The notes: generated by a model not told the origin, from the letters alone. A stretch of DNA of 64,000 nt from Oscillospiraceae bacterium (GCA_017452505.1 JAFTMI010000011.1:1947-65946); one strand, 5' to 3'; numbered from the stretch's first letter, positions 12,222 to 23,958 are shown. Numbers and translations: made by a program.

Positions 12222-13655
12222 ATGGAGCGAAAGGAACTGCTGAAACATATCCCCAGCCTGCTGGTGGGCACCCTTGCCCTCGGCCTGTGCGCGGTGGTAA
12301 ATCCCATAAACCACTATGCCTGTGCGCTGATGCTGACGGTTTGTGCGGTAGCCATGTATTTTTACACCGCCTTCATTCCCGGAAAGCGTAACTGGTGGGA
12401 TATCCGTGCGCTCTTTTCCGCCATTTGGCTGTTCACCATCGGCCTTGCCTGCCTGCGGCTGACGGATTATCAGCGGCCCTGGGAAACAGCTACCTGGCTG
12501 CTGGTAGCTGCAAGCTACGCACTATTCTATGCAGGCGCTGCCCTTGGCATCCGGCTGGGTCAAAAATCCTATGCCCGGTGCAAGCACGGCATTACCATCA
12601 AGAATTTCACTTTCCGCCTGCAGGGTCAGCGGCTGTTTTGGATCTGCTTTGGCGTAACCGTTTTCTGTATGCTTTGCTTTGCCGCCAACATCGCCCTGCG
12701 GGGTTACATCCCTTACTTTGCCAGATCCGGCGACACCTATGTGGGCTTTTACAGCAAGTTCTACATTTTCTGCACCGCCGGCACCGGCATCTCCGGCCTC
12801 AGCTACTACACCTTGAAGACCCAAAAGCTCTCTGCCTGGCAGAAGATCTTCCTGTGGTTCAGCATTGTGTATTCCACCTTCCTGTACCCCATGCTGGTGG
12901 TGTCCAGAGGCATGTTCTTAACTGCCGCGCTGTCCCTGACCACGGTGGTATTCTACCTGAACAAGCGGCGGTTCCTGCTTTTGGTGCTGAGCATCGCGGT
13001 CATCGGCGCTTTCTATATGGAGGGCACCAAGGCCCGGGGCTATTCCGAGGATCAGCTGAACGCTTTTTTTGAGCCCTCCATCATTGCCCCCGACAAGGAG
13101 GACACCGACAGCACCGATCCCTCCGCTCCCACCGAAACTCCGGAGGAGACCCCCAACGAAAATCCCGGCTTCCAGCTGTCCGGCTCTGCCGCCTTTATCT
13201 ACTCCTACCTCACTGTCAGCCACGATAATTTCAACGAGGCTGTCCGCACGGTGGACACCTACACTTACGGTCTGCGGCAGCTGCTGCCTTTCAATGTGAT
13301 CCTGCGCATCGGCGCCATTGATAAGACCGTGGAAGAAGTGGGCCACAATTTTGTCCGCCCCCATCTGAACACCACCAACTTAGTTGGCGAGGCTTATTAC
13401 GATTTTGGTGCCATCGGTGTGATTTTGCTGATGCTTCTGTGGGCCATTGCCTTTGGCATGATCCAGGGCATTGCGCTGGAGTCCGACGGCCCCTTCGGTC
13501 TGATGGCTTTGGGCAATACCATGACCCCGGTGGTGCTTTGCTTCTTTGAATCCTGGATGAGTATTTTCTCCCACTGGATGCACTGGGGCTTTGTGCTGAT
13601 CCTGTTCCTTTTGGCAACCGTAACCAAAAATCATAAAGACAAAGGAGATTTCTGA
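12222..13655 (+). CDS. wzy: Wzy-type oligosaccharide repeat-unit polymerase
   Basis: Many TM helices; SRG and YYDFGAIG motifs; cluster context. Confidence 0.75.
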   Translation: MERKELLKHIPSLLVGTLALGLCAVVNPINHYACALMLTVCAVAMYFYTAFIPGKRNWWDIRALFSAIWLFTIGLACLRLTDYQRPWETATWLLVAASYALFYAGAALGIRLGQKSYARCKHGITIKNFTFRLQGQRLFWICFGVTVFCMLCFAANIALRGYIPYFARSGDTYVGFYSKFYIFCTAGTGISGLSYYTLKTQKLSAWQKIFLWFSIVYSTFLYPMLVVSRGMFLTAALSLTTVVFYLNKRRFLLLVLSIAVIGAFYMEGTKARGYSEDQLNAFFEPSIIAPDKEDTDSTDPSAPTETPEETPNENPGFQLSGSAAFIYSYLTVSHDNFNEAVRTVDTYTYGLRQLLPFNVILRIGAIDKTVEEVGHNFVRPHLNTTNLVGEAYYDFGAIGVILLMLLWAIAFGMIQGIALESDGPFGLMALGNTMTPVVLCFFESWMSIFSHWMHWGFVLILFLLATVTKNHKDKGDF

Positions 13656-14551
13656 TGAAAGGTATCATTTTGGCCGGTGGCTCCGGCACACGTCTGTATC
13701 CTTTGACCCTTGTCACCTCCAAGCAGCTGCTGCCGGTGTATGACAAGCCCATGATCTACTACCCCATGTCCACTTTGATGCTGGCCGGCATCAAGGACAT
13801 TCTCATCATCTCCACCCCCACCGACACCCCCCGTTTCCAGGCCCTTTTGGGTGACGGCAGCCGCTACGGCGTGAATTTAAGCTATGCGGTGCAGCCCTCT
13901 CCCGACGGCCTGGCACAGGCCTTTATCATCGGTGAGGAATTTGCCGGCGACGAGCCCTGCGCAATGGTGCTTGGCGACAACATCTTTTACGGCAACGGCT
14001 TTTCCGCCATTTTGGCCCGTGCCTGCGAAAATGCAGAAAACGGCCGGGCTACCGTGTTCGGCTACCATGTCCACGATCCCGAGCGGTTCGGCGTGGTGGA
14101 ATTTGACGATGCAGGCCGCGCCATTTCTATTGAGGAAAAGCCCGCTCAGCCGAAATCCAACTATGCCGTTACCGGCCTTTACTTCTACCCCAAGGGTGTG
14201 GCCGCCAAGGCCAAGCAGGTCAAGCCCTCCAAACGGGGCGAGCTGGAGATCACCACCTTAAATGAAATGTATCTGCAGGAAGGCACTCTGAGCGTGGAAC
14301 TGCTGGGCCGGGGCTTTGCCTGGCTGGATACCGGTACATTCAAGAGCCTTTTGGAGGCCGCTGAGTTCGTGGAAATGAACCAAAGCCGGCAGAATGTGCA
14401 GATCTCCGCCCCCGAGGAGATCGCCTATGTGAAGGGCTGGATCAACAGAGACCAGCTGCTTGCCGCCGCCGAGGCCTACGGCAAATCTCCCTACGGCGAC
14501 CACCTGCGCCGTGTGGCAGACGACAAGCACCGCTTCATTCATAAACATTAA
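13655..14551 (+). CDS. rfbA: Glucose-1-phosphate thymidylyltransferase
   Basis: [25 protein letters not shown] and WLDTGT. Confidence 0.98.
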   Translation: MKGIILAGGSGTRLYPLTLVTSKQLLPVYDKPMIYYPMSTLMLAGIKDILIISTPTDTPRFQALLGDGSRYGVNLSYAVQPSPDGLAQAFIIGEEFAGDEPCAMVLGDNIFYGNGFSAILARACENAENGRATVFGYHVHDPERFGVVEFDDAGRAISIEEKPAQPKSNYAVTGLYFYPKGVAAKAKQVKPSKRGELEITTLNEMYLQEGTLSVELLGRGFAWLDTGTFKSLLEAAEFVEMNQSRQNVQISAPEEIAYVKGWINRDQLLAAAEAYGKSPYGDHLRRVADDKHRFIHKH

Positions 14552-14562
14552 GGAGAAACGCT

Positions 14563-15582
14563 ATGACGATTATTGTTACCGGCGGCGCCGGCTTTATCGG
14601 CAGTAATTTCATTTTCCATATGCTGGGCAAGTATCCCGACTACCGGATCATCTGCCTGGACAAGCTGACCTATGCAGGCAACCTGAGCACCCTGGCAGGT
14701 GTGATGGATAACCCCAACTTCCGCTTTGTGAAGCTGGATATCTGCGACCGGGCCGGTGTTTACAAGCTGTTTGAGGAAGAAAAGCCCGATGTGGTGGTGA
14801 ACTTCGCCGCAGAGAGCCATGTGGACCGCTCCATTGAGAATCCCGAGGTGTTCCTGCAGACCAATATCCTGGGCACACAGGTGCTGATGGATGCCTGTCG
14901 GAAGTACGGCATTACCCGCTACCACCAGGTCTCCACCGACGAGGTCTACGGCGACCTGCCCCTGGACCGTCCCGACCTGTTCTTTACTGAGGAGACCCCC
15001 ATTCACACCTCCTCCCCCTATTCTTCTTCCAAGGCAGGCGCTGACCTGCTGGTGCTGGCTTACCACCGCACATTTGGCCTGCCTGTGACCATCAGCCGCT
15101 GCTCCAACAACTACGGCCCCTATCACTTCCCCGAGAAGCTGATTCCTTTGATGATCGCCAATGCCTTGAACGACAAGCCCCTGCCTGTGTACGGCGAGGG
15201 TCTGAATGTCCGGGACTGGCTGTATGTGGAAGACCACTGCAAGGCCATCGATCTGATTATTCATAAGGGCCGTGTGGGTGAGGTGTACAACATCGGCGGC
15301 CACAATGAAATGAAGAACATTGATATTGTGAAGATCATCTGCAAGGCTTTGGGCAAGCCCGAGAGCCTCATTACCTATGTTGCCGACCGGAAGGGCCACG
15401 ATATGCGTTACGCCATCGACCCCACCAAGATCCACACAGAGCTGGGCTGGCTGCCGGAAACCAAGTTTGCAGACGGCATTCAGAAGACCATCCAGTGGTA
15501 CTTGGACAACAAGCAGTGGTGGGAGACCATCATCTCCGGCGAGTATCAGAACTACTACGAAAAGATGTACGGCAACCGCTAA
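14563..15582 (+). CDS. rfbB: dTDP-glucose 4,6-dehydratase
   Basis: TGGAGFIG, AAESHVDRS, STDEVYG and YSSSK. Confidence 0.98.
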   Translation: MTIIVTGGAGFIGSNFIFHMLGKYPDYRIICLDKLTYAGNLSTLAGVMDNPNFRFVKLDICDRAGVYKLFEEEKPDVVVNFAAESHVDRSIENPEVFLQTNILGTQVLMDACRKYGITRYHQVSTDEVYGDLPLDRPDLFFTEETPIHTSSPYSSSKAGADLLVLAYHRTFGLPVTISRCSNNYGPYHFPEKLIPLMIANALNDKPLPVYGEGLNVRDWLYVEDHCKAIDLIIHKGRVGEVYNIGGHNEMKNIDIVKIICKALGKPESLITYVADRKGHDMRYAIDPTKIHTELGWLPETKFADGIQKTIQWYLDNKQWWETIISGEYQNYYEKMYGNR

Positions 15583-15605
15583 ATCTCTTCGACCTTTTCC
15601 TTTTA

Positions 15606-15740
15606 TGCCTGCCGGCGGCGATACTTTCTTGTTTCGCCAAGAAAGTATCCAAAGAATGCGCCATAGGGGAGGGGCTGAGCCGCAACTCCCGCTTGCGAAC
15701 CGCCCCTCCCCTATGTACCCCTCCGGGCGCATTATAGGGA
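15606..15740. repeat. REP-like multi-hairpin intergenic element
   Basis: GATACTTTCTTG/CAAGAAAGTATC and CATAGGGGAGGGGC/GCCCCTCCCCTATG inverted repeats. Confidence 0.6.
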
Positions 15741-15794
15741 GATAGGCATAAGTTTAAGATTTCAAAAATTCCTATCCAAGCAAGAGGATTGTTT

Positions 15795-16706
15795 ATGAAA
15801 GTATTTGTAACCGGTGTGGCTGGGCAGTTGGGCCACGATGTGGTAAACGAGCTGATTTCCCGTGGCCATCAGGCCATTGGCAGCGACATAGCCCCCCAAT
15901 ACAGTGGCATCGCTGACGGCAGCCCTGTCACCGCCTGCCCCTATGTGAGCCTGGACATCACGGACAAGGCCGCTGTCAACAAAACTCTGATGGTCCTTGC
16001 CCCGGATGCGGTGGTGCATTGCGCCGCCTGGACCGCTGTGGACCTGGCAGAAGATGCTGACAACCGGGAAAAAGTCCGGGCCATCAATGCCGGCGGCACG
16101 GCGCATATTGCTGAGGCTTGCGAGGCGCTGGATTGCAAAATGCTCTACATCTCCACCGACTATGTGTTTAACGGACAGGGCGAAACCCCCTGGCAGCCGG
16201 ATTGCAAGGACTACAAGCCCCTCAATGTGTACGGACAGACCAAGCTGGAAGGCGAGCTGGCCGTTTCCGGGACTTTGGAAAAATACTTCATTGTCCGCAT
16301 CGCCTGGGTGTTTGGTCTTAACGGCAAGAATTTTATTAAAACGATGCTGAACGTGGCCAAAAACCACGACACCGTCCGGGTGGTAAACGATCAAATCGGC
16401 ACGCCCACCTACACCTATGACCTTTCCCGGCTGTTGGTGGATATGCTGGAAAGTGAAAAATACGGCTACTATCACGCCACCAACTCCGGCGGCTACATCA
16501 GCTGGTACGATTTCACCTGTGAAATTTTCCGCCAGGCGGGCTACACCACCAAGGTCGTGCCTGTCACCACCGCTGAATACGGCCTAAGTAAGGCCGCCCG
16601 GCCCTATAACAGCCGGCTGGATAAATCCAAATTGACCGAAATGGGCTTTGAGCCTCTGCCCACCTGGCAGGATGCCTTGGCCCGCTACCTGAAGGAGATG
16701 GCATAA
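15795..16706 (+). CDS. rfbD: dTDP-4-dehydrorhamnose reductase
   Basis: TGVAGQLG, ISTDYVF, YGQTK and DQIGTPT. Confidence 0.97.
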   Translation: MKVFVTGVAGQLGHDVVNELISRGHQAIGSDIAPQYSGIADGSPVTACPYVSLDITDKAAVNKTLMVLAPDAVVHCAAWTAVDLAEDADNREKVRAINAGGTAHIAEACEALDCKMLYISTDYVFNGQGETPWQPDCKDYKPLNVYGQTKLEGELAVSGTLEKYFIVRIAWVFGLNGKNFIKTMLNVAKNHDTVRVVNDQIGTPTYTYDLSRLLVDMLESEKYGYYHATNSGGYISWYDFTCEIFRQAGYTTKVVPVTTAEYGLSKAARPYNSRLDKSKLTEMGFEPLPTWQDALARYLKEMA

Positions 16707-17305
16707 TGGGACAGATCACTGTTGAAAAAAACGTAGGCGGTATTGACGGCCTCTGCGTCATCACCCCCGCCGTCCACGGCGACAACCGGGGCTATTTTAT
16801 GGAGACCTACAGCCTGCGGGATATGCAGGAAGCAGGCATCAATATTGATTTTGTGCAGGACAACCAGTCTATGTCCGTAAAAGGCGTACTGCGAGGCCTC
16901 CACTTCCAAAAGAATTTCCCCCAGACCAAGCTGGTGCGGGTGATCCGGGGATCTGTTTTTGATGTGGCTGTGGACCTGCGCCCCGGCTCTGCCACCTACG
17001 GCAAGTGGTACGGCGTGGAGCTGACCGCGGAAAACAAAAAGCAGTTTCTCATTCCCCGGGGCTTTGCCCACGGCTTTTTGGTGCTGAGCGACACCGCTGA
17101 ATTCTGCTACAAATGCGATGACTTCTACCACGCCAATGACGAGGGCGGTCTTGCCTGGAACGACCCCACCATCGGCATCACCTGGCCGGAAGTTGTCGGT
17201 CAGTACAAGGGCAGTGCTTCCGCTGAGGGCTACACCCTCTCCGACGGTACACCCCTCAATTTAAGCGAAAAAGATCAAAAATGGTTGGGTATTGCCCAGA
17301 TTTAA
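16706..17305 (+). CDS. rfbC: dTDP-4-dehydrorhamnose 3,5-epimerase
   Basis: DNRGYF, VQDNQS, GVLRGLHFQ and GFAHGF. Confidence 0.97.
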   Translation: MGQITVEKNVGGIDGLCVITPAVHGDNRGYFMETYSLRDMQEAGINIDFVQDNQSMSVKGVLRGLHFQKNFPQTKLVRVIRGSVFDVAVDLRPGSATYGKWYGVELTAENKKQFLIPRGFAHGFLVLSDTAEFCYKCDDFYHANDEGGLAWNDPTIGITWPEVVGQYKGSASAEGYTLSDGTPLNLSEKDQKWLGIAQI

Positions 17306-17314
17306 GGTGAAACT

Positions 17315-18712
17315 ATGTCAGAAAGCAAGGCGCTGCGCTCCGGAGTCGGTTACACCCTTGGTAACATTTTAATCAAGGGTATCAATTTCCTGACGCTGCC
17401 CATTTTCAGCCGACTCCTCTCCCCGGAGGAGTTTGGTGTTTATAATGTATTTGCGTCCTATGATATGATCCTGTTTGTGCTCATCGGCCTGGCCCTGCAC
17501 ACCAGTATCCAAAGCGCAAATTTGGAATTCCGGGGCAAGATCAACAGCTATACCTCCTCCATCAGTCTGATTTACGTGCTCAACGGACTGGTGGCGCTTG
17601 CTGTGGCTGTTTTGTTCCGCCGGGCGCTGGGACAGGTTTTGGCGCTGCCCCCCGCATCCCTTACCCTACTAGTGCTGGGCAGCTTCTCCACGGCTGTGAT
17701 CCAGCTGTACAACACCCGTATCAGCTTAGACTATTCCTATAAAAAATATCTGCTGGTGTCCGCCTGCAGTTCTATATTGAATATCACCCTTTCTTTGGTG
17801 CTGATTCTGACGGTTTTTTCCGAAAACCGGGCTATGGGCCGGATCATCGGCGCATCGCTGCCGGCATTCCTTATTTCGGTGGTGCTGCTTATCTCCTTCT
17901 TCCGGAAGGCAAAGCCCCAAATTTCCAAGACCTATTGGAATTTCGGCATCAAATACAGCCTGCCCATCGTACCCCACGGCATTTCCCAAATGCTGCTGAA
18001 CCAATGCGACCGGATCATGATCAGCAAAATGGTCAGCGATGCTGCTGCCGGCATTTACTCTTTGGCCGGCAATATCAAGCTGATTTTGGTGATCATCACC
18101 GAGTCCGTCACCACCGCCTGGACCACCTGGTTCTATTCCCAGATGGACAAAGGCGAAAAGACCGCCATTCAAAAGCGGGCTACCCAGCTGCTTTTGCTGT
18201 TCTTTGTCCTGACCTCCGGCCTTATGGCACTGTCGCCGGAGCTGGTGCAGCTGCTGGGCGGCGCAAAATATACATTGGGTAAATATGTGGCGATCCCCCT
18301 GGTGCTGGATGCCTTTGCGCTGTTTCTTTATAATTTGGTCGTCCCCGCCCAATACTATGCCAAGAAGACCACCTACATTATGTACGGCACTGTGGCTGCC
18401 GCGGTGGTAAACATCGTCTTAAACTATGTGTTCATCAAGCTTTACGGCTTTGTAGCCGCGGCATACACCACCCTGGCGTCTTATTTGCTGTTTGCGGCGG
18501 TGCATTATTTCATCTCCGGAAAGCTATTAAAGTTCTTTGTGGTGCCTCCCAGCCGGATGCTGGGTGTCTGCGCCGCTGTGGCTGCAATGGCCGCCTGGCA
18601 GCTGCTGTTTGTGGACAGCATTCTGCTGCGCTGGGGTATATGCGCTGTGATGGTCATTCCCGTATCCCTTTATTTGCTGAAGCAAATGCGCAAGGATAAG
18701 GTCGCCGTCTAA
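17315..18712 (+). CDS. wzx: Wzx-type flippase
   Basis: RLLSPEEFG, DRIMI and AGIYS; ~12-14 TM helices. Confidence 0.88.
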   Translation: MSESKALRSGVGYTLGNILIKGINFLTLPIFSRLLSPEEFGVYNVFASYDMILFVLIGLALHTSIQSANLEFRGKINSYTSSISLIYVLNGLVALAVAVLFRRALGQVLALPPASLTLLVLGSFSTAVIQLYNTRISLDYSYKKYLLVSACSSILNITLSLVLILTVFSENRAMGRIIGASLPAFLISVVLLISFFRKAKPQISKTYWNFGIKYSLPIVPHGISQMLLNQCDRIMISKMVSDAAAGIYSLAGNIKLILVIITESVTTAWTTWFYSQMDKGEKTAIQKRATQLLLLFFVLTSGLMALSPELVQLLGGAKYTLGKYVAIPLVLDAFALFLYNLVVPAQYYAKKTTYIMYGTVAAAVVNIVLNYVFIKLYGFVAAAYTTLASYLLFAAVHYFISGKLLKFFVVPPSRMLGVCAAVAAMAAWQLLFVDSILLRWGICAVMVIPVSLYLLKQMRKDKVAV

Positions 18713-18735
18713 AATATACAATTTTCCAAAAATTT

Positions 18736-18908
18736 TATGCATTTTATACATTGAAAAGCAGGGCTGTGCGCCCTGCTTTTCTGCGCACACACGGGTAAAA
18801 TGCCCGGTTTTTGTGCATAGTTACCAAAACAAACTCGGTTTTTTCATTAACTTTTGGAATGAAAATAATGAATATGGGCTTGCATATTTATTCAAGCTGT
18901 GCTACAAT
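18736..18908 (+). promoter_or_regulatory. ArgR boxes overlapping the sigma-A promoter of the arg operon
   Basis: ARG-box-like TATGCATTTTATACATT (18736), AATGAAAATAATGAATAT (18858) and TTGCATATTTATTCA (18880); promoter TTGCAT-17-TACAAT. Confidence 0.75.
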
Positions 18909-18964
18909 CTTGCCATAACATAAATTACACGGGCTATCCCCGCGGATATCAGGAGGAAACAAAA

Positions 18965-20194
18965 ATGGATAAGAAGGACATCAAGAAGATTGTTTTGGCC
19001 TACTCCGGTGGCCTGGACACTTCCATCATCATTCCCTGGCTGAAGGAAAACTACAACGATCCTTACATCATCGCTGTGGCCGGTAACGTTGGCCAGGCCG
19101 ATGAGCTGGAAGGCCTGGAAGAGAAGGCCTACAAGACCGGCGCTCACAAGTTCTACGCTGCAGACCTCAGCGAGGCTATGGTGGACGAGATCATCATCCC
19201 CTCCATGCAGGCCGGCTGCATCTACGAAGAGTACCTGATGGGTACTGCCTTCGCCCGTCCCATCATCGCCAAGGCTCTGGTAGAGATCGCTTTGGCTGAG
19301 GGCGCTGACGCTATCGCCCACGGCTGCACCGGTAAGGGCAACGACCAGGTTCGTTTCGAGCTGGCTATCAAGCGCTTCGCTCCCGATATGAAGATCATCG
19401 CTCCCTGGCGTGAGTGGGATATCAAGTCCCGCGAAGAAGAGATCGACTACGCCGAGGCTCACAACGTACCTCTGAAGATCAACCGGGAGACCAACTACTC
19501 CAAGGACAAGAACCTGTGGCATTTGAGCCACGAGGGCCTGGACCTGGAAGATCCCTGGAACGAGCCCCAGTACGAGAAGCCCGGCTTCCTGGAGATGACC
19601 ATTTCTCCCATGCTGGCTCCCGACGAGCCCACCTATGTGACCATCGACTTTGAGAAGGGCGTTCCCGTTGCTCTGGACGGTCAGAAGATGTCCGCCACCG
19701 ATATGATCTGGAAGCTGAATGAGATCGGCGGCAAGAACGGCATCGGTTTGTTGGACATCGTTGAGAACCGTTTGGTCGGTATGAAGTGCAGAGGCGTCTA
19801 CGAGACTCCCGGCGGCACCATCCTGTACAAGGCTCACCGCGTACAGGAAACCATCTGCCTGGATAAGATGACCGCCCACAAGAAGCAGGAGCTGAGCGTT
19901 TGCTTTGCAGAGCTGCTGTACAACGGCCAGTGGTACACCCCCCTGCGTGAGGCTCTGTCCGCTTTCGTTACCGAGACCCAGAAGAATGTCACCGGTACTG
20001 TCCGGCTGAAGCTGTACAAGGGCAATATGATCAACGCAGGCGTGAAGAGTCCCTTCTCCCTGTACTCCGAAGAGATCTGCACCTTCGGCGAAAGCGACTA
20101 CGATCAGTCCCAGGCCACCGGCTTTATCAACCTGTGGGGCCTGCCCACCCAGACCCAGGCTCTTATGGAACAGGGTAAGCTGAACAATGGCTAA
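18965..20194 (+). CDS. argG: Argininosuccinate synthase
   Basis: [24 protein letters not shown] and YETPGG; RBS AGGAGG. Confidence 0.98.
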   Translation: MDKKDIKKIVLAYSGGLDTSIIIPWLKENYNDPYIIAVAGNVGQADELEGLEEKAYKTGAHKFYAADLSEAMVDEIIIPSMQAGCIYEEYLMGTAFARPIIAKALVEIALAEGADAIAHGCTGKGNDQVRFELAIKRFAPDMKIIAPWREWDIKSREEEIDYAEAHNVPLKINRETNYSKDKNLWHLSHEGLDLEDPWNEPQYEKPGFLEMTISPMLAPDEPTYVTIDFEKGVPVALDGQKMSATDMIWKLNEIGGKNGIGLLDIVENRLVGMKCRGVYETPGGTILYKAHRVQETICLDKMTAHKKQELSVCFAELLYNGQWYTPLREALSAFVTETQKNVTGTVRLKLYKGNMINAGVKSPFSLYSEEICTFGESDYDQSQATGFINLWGLPTQTQALMEQGKLNNG

Positions 20195-21557
20195 GATGTG
20201 GGAAGGCCGGTTCAGCAAGGCGCTGGACCAACAGGCCGACGACTTTAACTCCTCCATTCACTTTGACTGCCGGATGTTCCGGCAGGATATCAAGGGCTCT
20301 ATGGCCCACGCGGCAATGCTCTCAGCCCAGGGGATCATCCCCTCCGCTGATGCCGACACCATCATCGCTGAGCTGGAAAAGATCTTGGCGGATTTGGAAA
20401 GCGGCAAACTGCCAATCGATATGACCGCGGAAGATATCCATATGTTTGTGGAGGCGGAGCTCACCAAGCGCATTGGCGATATTGGCAAAAAGCTCCACAC
20501 CGCCCGCAGCCGTAACGACCAGGTTGCTCTGGATGTGCGTCTGTACTTAAAAGAAGAGGCAGCTGGCATTGTGGCAATGCTTAAGGGTCTGCTGGAGGAC
20601 ATTCTCTTCCAGGCAGAGCAGCATAAAAACACCATTATGCCCGGTTACACCCACCTGCAAAGAGCCCAGCCCATTACCTTTGCCCACCATCTGTTGGCAT
20701 ACGGTATGATGTTCACCCGGGACATTGGCCGCATCGAGGATGCGGTGAAGCGGATGAACTATTCTCCCCTCGGCTCTTGCGCCTTGGCCGGCACTACCTA
20801 TCCCACCAACCGGGAAATGGTGGCAGCCAAGTTAGGCTTCGACGGCATTACCCTCAACAGCATCGACGGCGTGTCCGACCGGGACTTCTGCGTGGAGCTG
20901 CTGAGTGCCTTCGCCACGGTGATGATGCACCTGTCCCGCTTCTCCGAGGAGGTCATCCTCTGGGCAAGCTGGGAATTCAAGTTCATCGAGCTGGACGACA
21001 GCTACACCACCGGGTCGAGCATTATGCCCCAGAAGAAGAACCCGGATATCGCCGAATTGGTGCGTGGCAAAACGGGCCGCGTCTACGGCGATCTCATGGG
21101 AATGCTCACAGTACTGAAGGGCCTGCCCCTGGCATATAACAAGGATATGCAGGAGGATAAGGAGTCCATCTTTGACGCCATCGACACCGTCAAGCAGTGC
21201 TTAACCGTATTCCCGCCCATGATCCGCACCATGAAACCCCTGCCCGAGAATATGCTCCGGGCCGCACAGAAGGGCTTCATCAATGCCACCGACCTGGCTG
21301 ACTACCTCACCAAGAAGGGCGAACCCTTCCGCAGTGCTTATAAAACTACCGGTCAGATCGTGGCCTACTGTATCGCAAATAACAAGGTGCTGGAAGAAAT
21401 GACCATCGCAGAGTACAAAGAATTCGACACCCAGTTTGAAGACGATGTTTTTGAAGCCATCGACCTGCGACGATGTGTGGAAAGCAGAATCTCCGCCGGC
21501 GGCACCAACCAGGCTTCCGCCGACGAGCAAATAAAGTACATTCAAAAATTTATTTAA
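20187..21557 (+). CDS. argH: Argininosuccinate lyase
   Basis: [22 protein letters not shown] and [12 protein letters not shown]. Confidence 0.98.
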   Translation: MAKMWEGRFSKALDQQADDFNSSIHFDCRMFRQDIKGSMAHAAMLSAQGIIPSADADTIIAELEKILADLESGKLPIDMTAEDIHMFVEAELTKRIGDIGKKLHTARSRNDQVALDVRLYLKEEAAGIVAMLKGLLEDILFQAEQHKNTIMPGYTHLQRAQPITFAHHLLAYGMMFTRDIGRIEDAVKRMNYSPLGSCALAGTTYPTNREMVAAKLGFDGITLNSIDGVSDRDFCVELLSAFATVMMHLSRFSEEVILWASWEFKFIELDDSYTTGSSIMPQKKNPDIAELVRGKTGRVYGDLMGMLTVLKGLPLAYNKDMQEDKESIFDAIDTVKQCLTVFPPMIRTMKPLPENMLRAAQKGFINATDLADYLTKKGEPFRSAYKTTGQIVAYCIANNKVLEEMTIAEYKEFDTQFEDDVFEAIDLRRCVESRISAGGTNQASADEQIKYIQKFI

Positions 21558-21575
21558 TTTTAGGAGGAAACCAAA

Positions 21576-22391
21576 ATGAAAAAGTTTATCGCATTGACCC
21601 TGGCACTGGTTCTGTGCCTGTCCCTGTTCGCTGCTTGCGGCGCTAAGGACGAAGCCGGCGCTAAGATCGCTGCCCAGAAGGGCACCACCAGCTTTATGTA
21701 TGCTGACAAGCTGGCCAACACCAAGACCACTTCCTACGACACCTTCGCACTGGCTGCAAAGGACATGATCAACGGCAACGCTGATTACCTGTTCGTCGAC
21801 AAGACCACCGCTAAGTCCCTGGCTAAGGAGATCGAGGGTCTGAAGATCATCGAGATCGCTCTGTCCAGCGAGAACTACGGCATCGGTATCGACAAGAACC
21901 AGGCTGACCTGAAGACCAAGATCGACAACATTCTGAAGGACAAGGCTACCGAGATCGACGCCATCAAGGAAAAGTACATGAACGGCGAAGAGGCCAAGTA
22001 TGTTGGCATCACCTCCGGCACCAAGGACGGCAGCAAGGCAGCTGAGCAGCTGGTTGTTGCTACCAACGCTGAGTTCGCTCCCTGGGAGTACAAGGAAGGC
22101 AATCAGTTCTACGGCATCGACATGGAGATCGCTAAGCTGATCGCTGACGAGCTGGGTCTGGAGCTGGTTATCGACGATATGGAGTTCGACGCTGTTGTGG
22201 GCGCTGTTGGCAAGCAGAATGTTGACATCGCTATGTCCGGTATCACCATCACCACCGAGCGTCTGAGCGTTATCAACTTCTCCGAGCCCTACTACACCGA
22301 GTCCATCGTCTGCGTGGTTCCCACTGCCTACACCGAGCTGGATTCCGCCGGCACTGTTGTTGACATGCTGAACGTCATCTGCGCAAAGTAA
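21576..22391 (+). CDS. Amino-acid (probably arginine) ABC transporter substrate-binding lipoprotein, family 3, circularly permuted
   Basis: Lipobox FAAC; KIAAQKGTT...ENYGIG half precedes the VATNAEFAPWEY...FSEPYY half. Confidence 0.85.
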   Translation: MKKFIALTLALVLCLSLFAACGAKDEAGAKIAAQKGTTSFMYADKLANTKTTSYDTFALAAKDMINGNADYLFVDKTTAKSLAKEIEGLKIIEIALSSENYGIGIDKNQADLKTKIDNILKDKATEIDAIKEKYMNGEEAKYVGITSGTKDGSKAAEQLVVATNAEFAPWEYKEGNQFYGIDMEIAKLIADELGLELVIDDMEFDAVVGAVGKQNVDIAMSGITITTERLSVINFSEPYYTESIVCVVPTAYTELDSAGTVVDMLNVICAK

Positions 22392-22460
22392 TTTAAGTAA
22401 ATCAGAAAAGGTAAGGTGAAGGCTTAGTGCAAGCACTAAGCCTTCACTTTGGTTAAAAAT

Positions 22461-23165
22461 ATGACTATAACTCAAATGTGGAATGAATTTATCAAGCAGT
22501 TCATCACCCTAAAGGGATATGAAAATGTGCTGAACGGCCTGTGGATCACCGTGCAGATCGCCGTTGGCGGCTTGCTGATCGGTATTTTGATCGGTACTCT
22601 CATTGCCATTGTCCGGGTGATGCCCAAGTATAAGAGGCTTCCCCGGATCTTGGACAAGATCTGCGTATGCTATATTGAACTCTTCCGGGGCACACCTATG
22701 GTGGTGCAGCTGCTGATCGGCTACTGGGTACTGCTGCCTGCGTTGGGCATCACCGTGGACTCCGGTGTTCCGGTTGCCATTATTATGTTCGGTCTGAACA
22801 GCGGCGCTTATGTCAGTGAGATTATGCGCAGCGGCATCCAATCCGTAGACCCCGGCCAAATGGAGGCCGGCAGAGCTGTCGGTCTGACCTACGCCACCAC
22901 TATGCTGAAGATCGTGGTTCCCCAGGCCGTCAAGAACATCCTGCCCACCTTGGGCAACGAGTTCATCGTGCTGATCAAGGAAACCTCCATCGTCAGCTTT
23001 ATTGCGGTGACCGACCTTTACAAATCCTTCAAGCAGCTGGGTGATCCCACCTACGATTACACCATGCCCTATCTGATGCTGGCACTGACCTATTTGATCA
23101 TGGTGCTGCTGATCTCCTGGGGCGTGAGAGCGCTGGAAGCAAAAATGAAGAAGAGTGAAAGATAA
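22461..23165 (+). CDS. Polar amino-acid ABC transporter permease
   Basis: [31 protein letters not shown] and KETS; start uncertain (22449 or 22461). Confidence 0.93.
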   Translation: MTITQMWNEFIKQFITLKGYENVLNGLWITVQIAVGGLLIGILIGTLIAIVRVMPKYKRLPRILDKICVCYIELFRGTPMVVQLLIGYWVLLPALGITVDSGVPVAIIMFGLNSGAYVSEIMRSGIQSVDPGQMEAGRAVGLTYATTMLKIVVPQAVKNILPTLGNEFIVLIKETSIVSFIAVTDLYKSFKQLGDPTYDYTMPYLMLALTYLIMVLLISWGVRALEAKMKKSER

Positions 23166-23166
23166 T

Positions 23167-23946
23167 ATGGAAAAACAGTTAGTTTTATCGGTTAAAAATC
23201 TGACCAAGCAGTTTGGGGATAACCAAGTTCTGAAGGGCATCGACTTAGATGTTTACGAAGGCGATGTGGTAGCGATCATCGGCCCTTCCGGCTGCGGTAA
23301 ATCCACCTTCCTGCGTTGCATCAACTGCCTGGAAGATCCCTCCGGCGGCTCTATTATGTTCGACGGCGAGGATCTTGCCGATATGAAGGTGGACATCAAT
23401 ATCCACCGGCAAAAGATCGGCATGGTGTTCCAGCAGTTTAATCTGTTCAACAACCTGTGCGTGCTGGACAATATCACCCTCGCACCTGTTACCATCGCCA
23501 AGAAGAACAAAAAAGCCTTGCGGGCCCAGGGTAAGACCGTTGCCGATGTAAAGGCGGAGGCCGAAAAGCGGGCTATGGAGCTGCTGAAGGCCATTGGCCT
23601 GGAGGACAAGGCAGCCGCGTTCCCCTCTCAGATCTCCGGCGGTCAGAAGCAGCGTGTGGCCATCGTCCGGGCCTTAGCTATGAATCCCAAGGTCATTCTC
23701 TTTGACGAGCCCACCTCCGCCCTTGACCCGGAAATGGTCGGCGAGGTGCTGGATGTTATGAAGGAGCTGGCCAAGCAGGGTATGACCATGGTGGTTGTTA
23801 CCCACGAAATGGGCTTTGCCCGTGAAGTCTCCAACCGGGTGATCTTCATCGATGACGGTGTCATCGCCGAGGAAAACACCCCCGCTGAATTCTTTGGCAA
23901 CCCCCAAAGCGAGCGTCTGAAATCCTTCTTAGCCAAGGTATTATAA
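23167..23946 (+). CDS. Polar amino-acid ABC transporter ATP-binding protein
   Basis: [20 protein letters not shown] and [10 protein letters not shown]. Confidence 0.95.
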   Translation: MEKQLVLSVKNLTKQFGDNQVLKGIDLDVYEGDVVAIIGPSGCGKSTFLRCINCLEDPSGGSIMFDGEDLADMKVDINIHRQKIGMVFQQFNLFNNLCVLDNITLAPVTIAKKNKKALRAQGKTVADVKAEAEKRAMELLKAIGLEDKAAAFPSQISGGQKQRVAIVRALAMNPKVILFDEPTSALDPEMVGEVLDVMKELAKQGMTMVVVTHEMGFAREVSNRVIFIDDGVIAEENTPAEFFGNPQSERLKSFLAKVL

Positions 23947-23958
23947 GGAGATTTGAAG

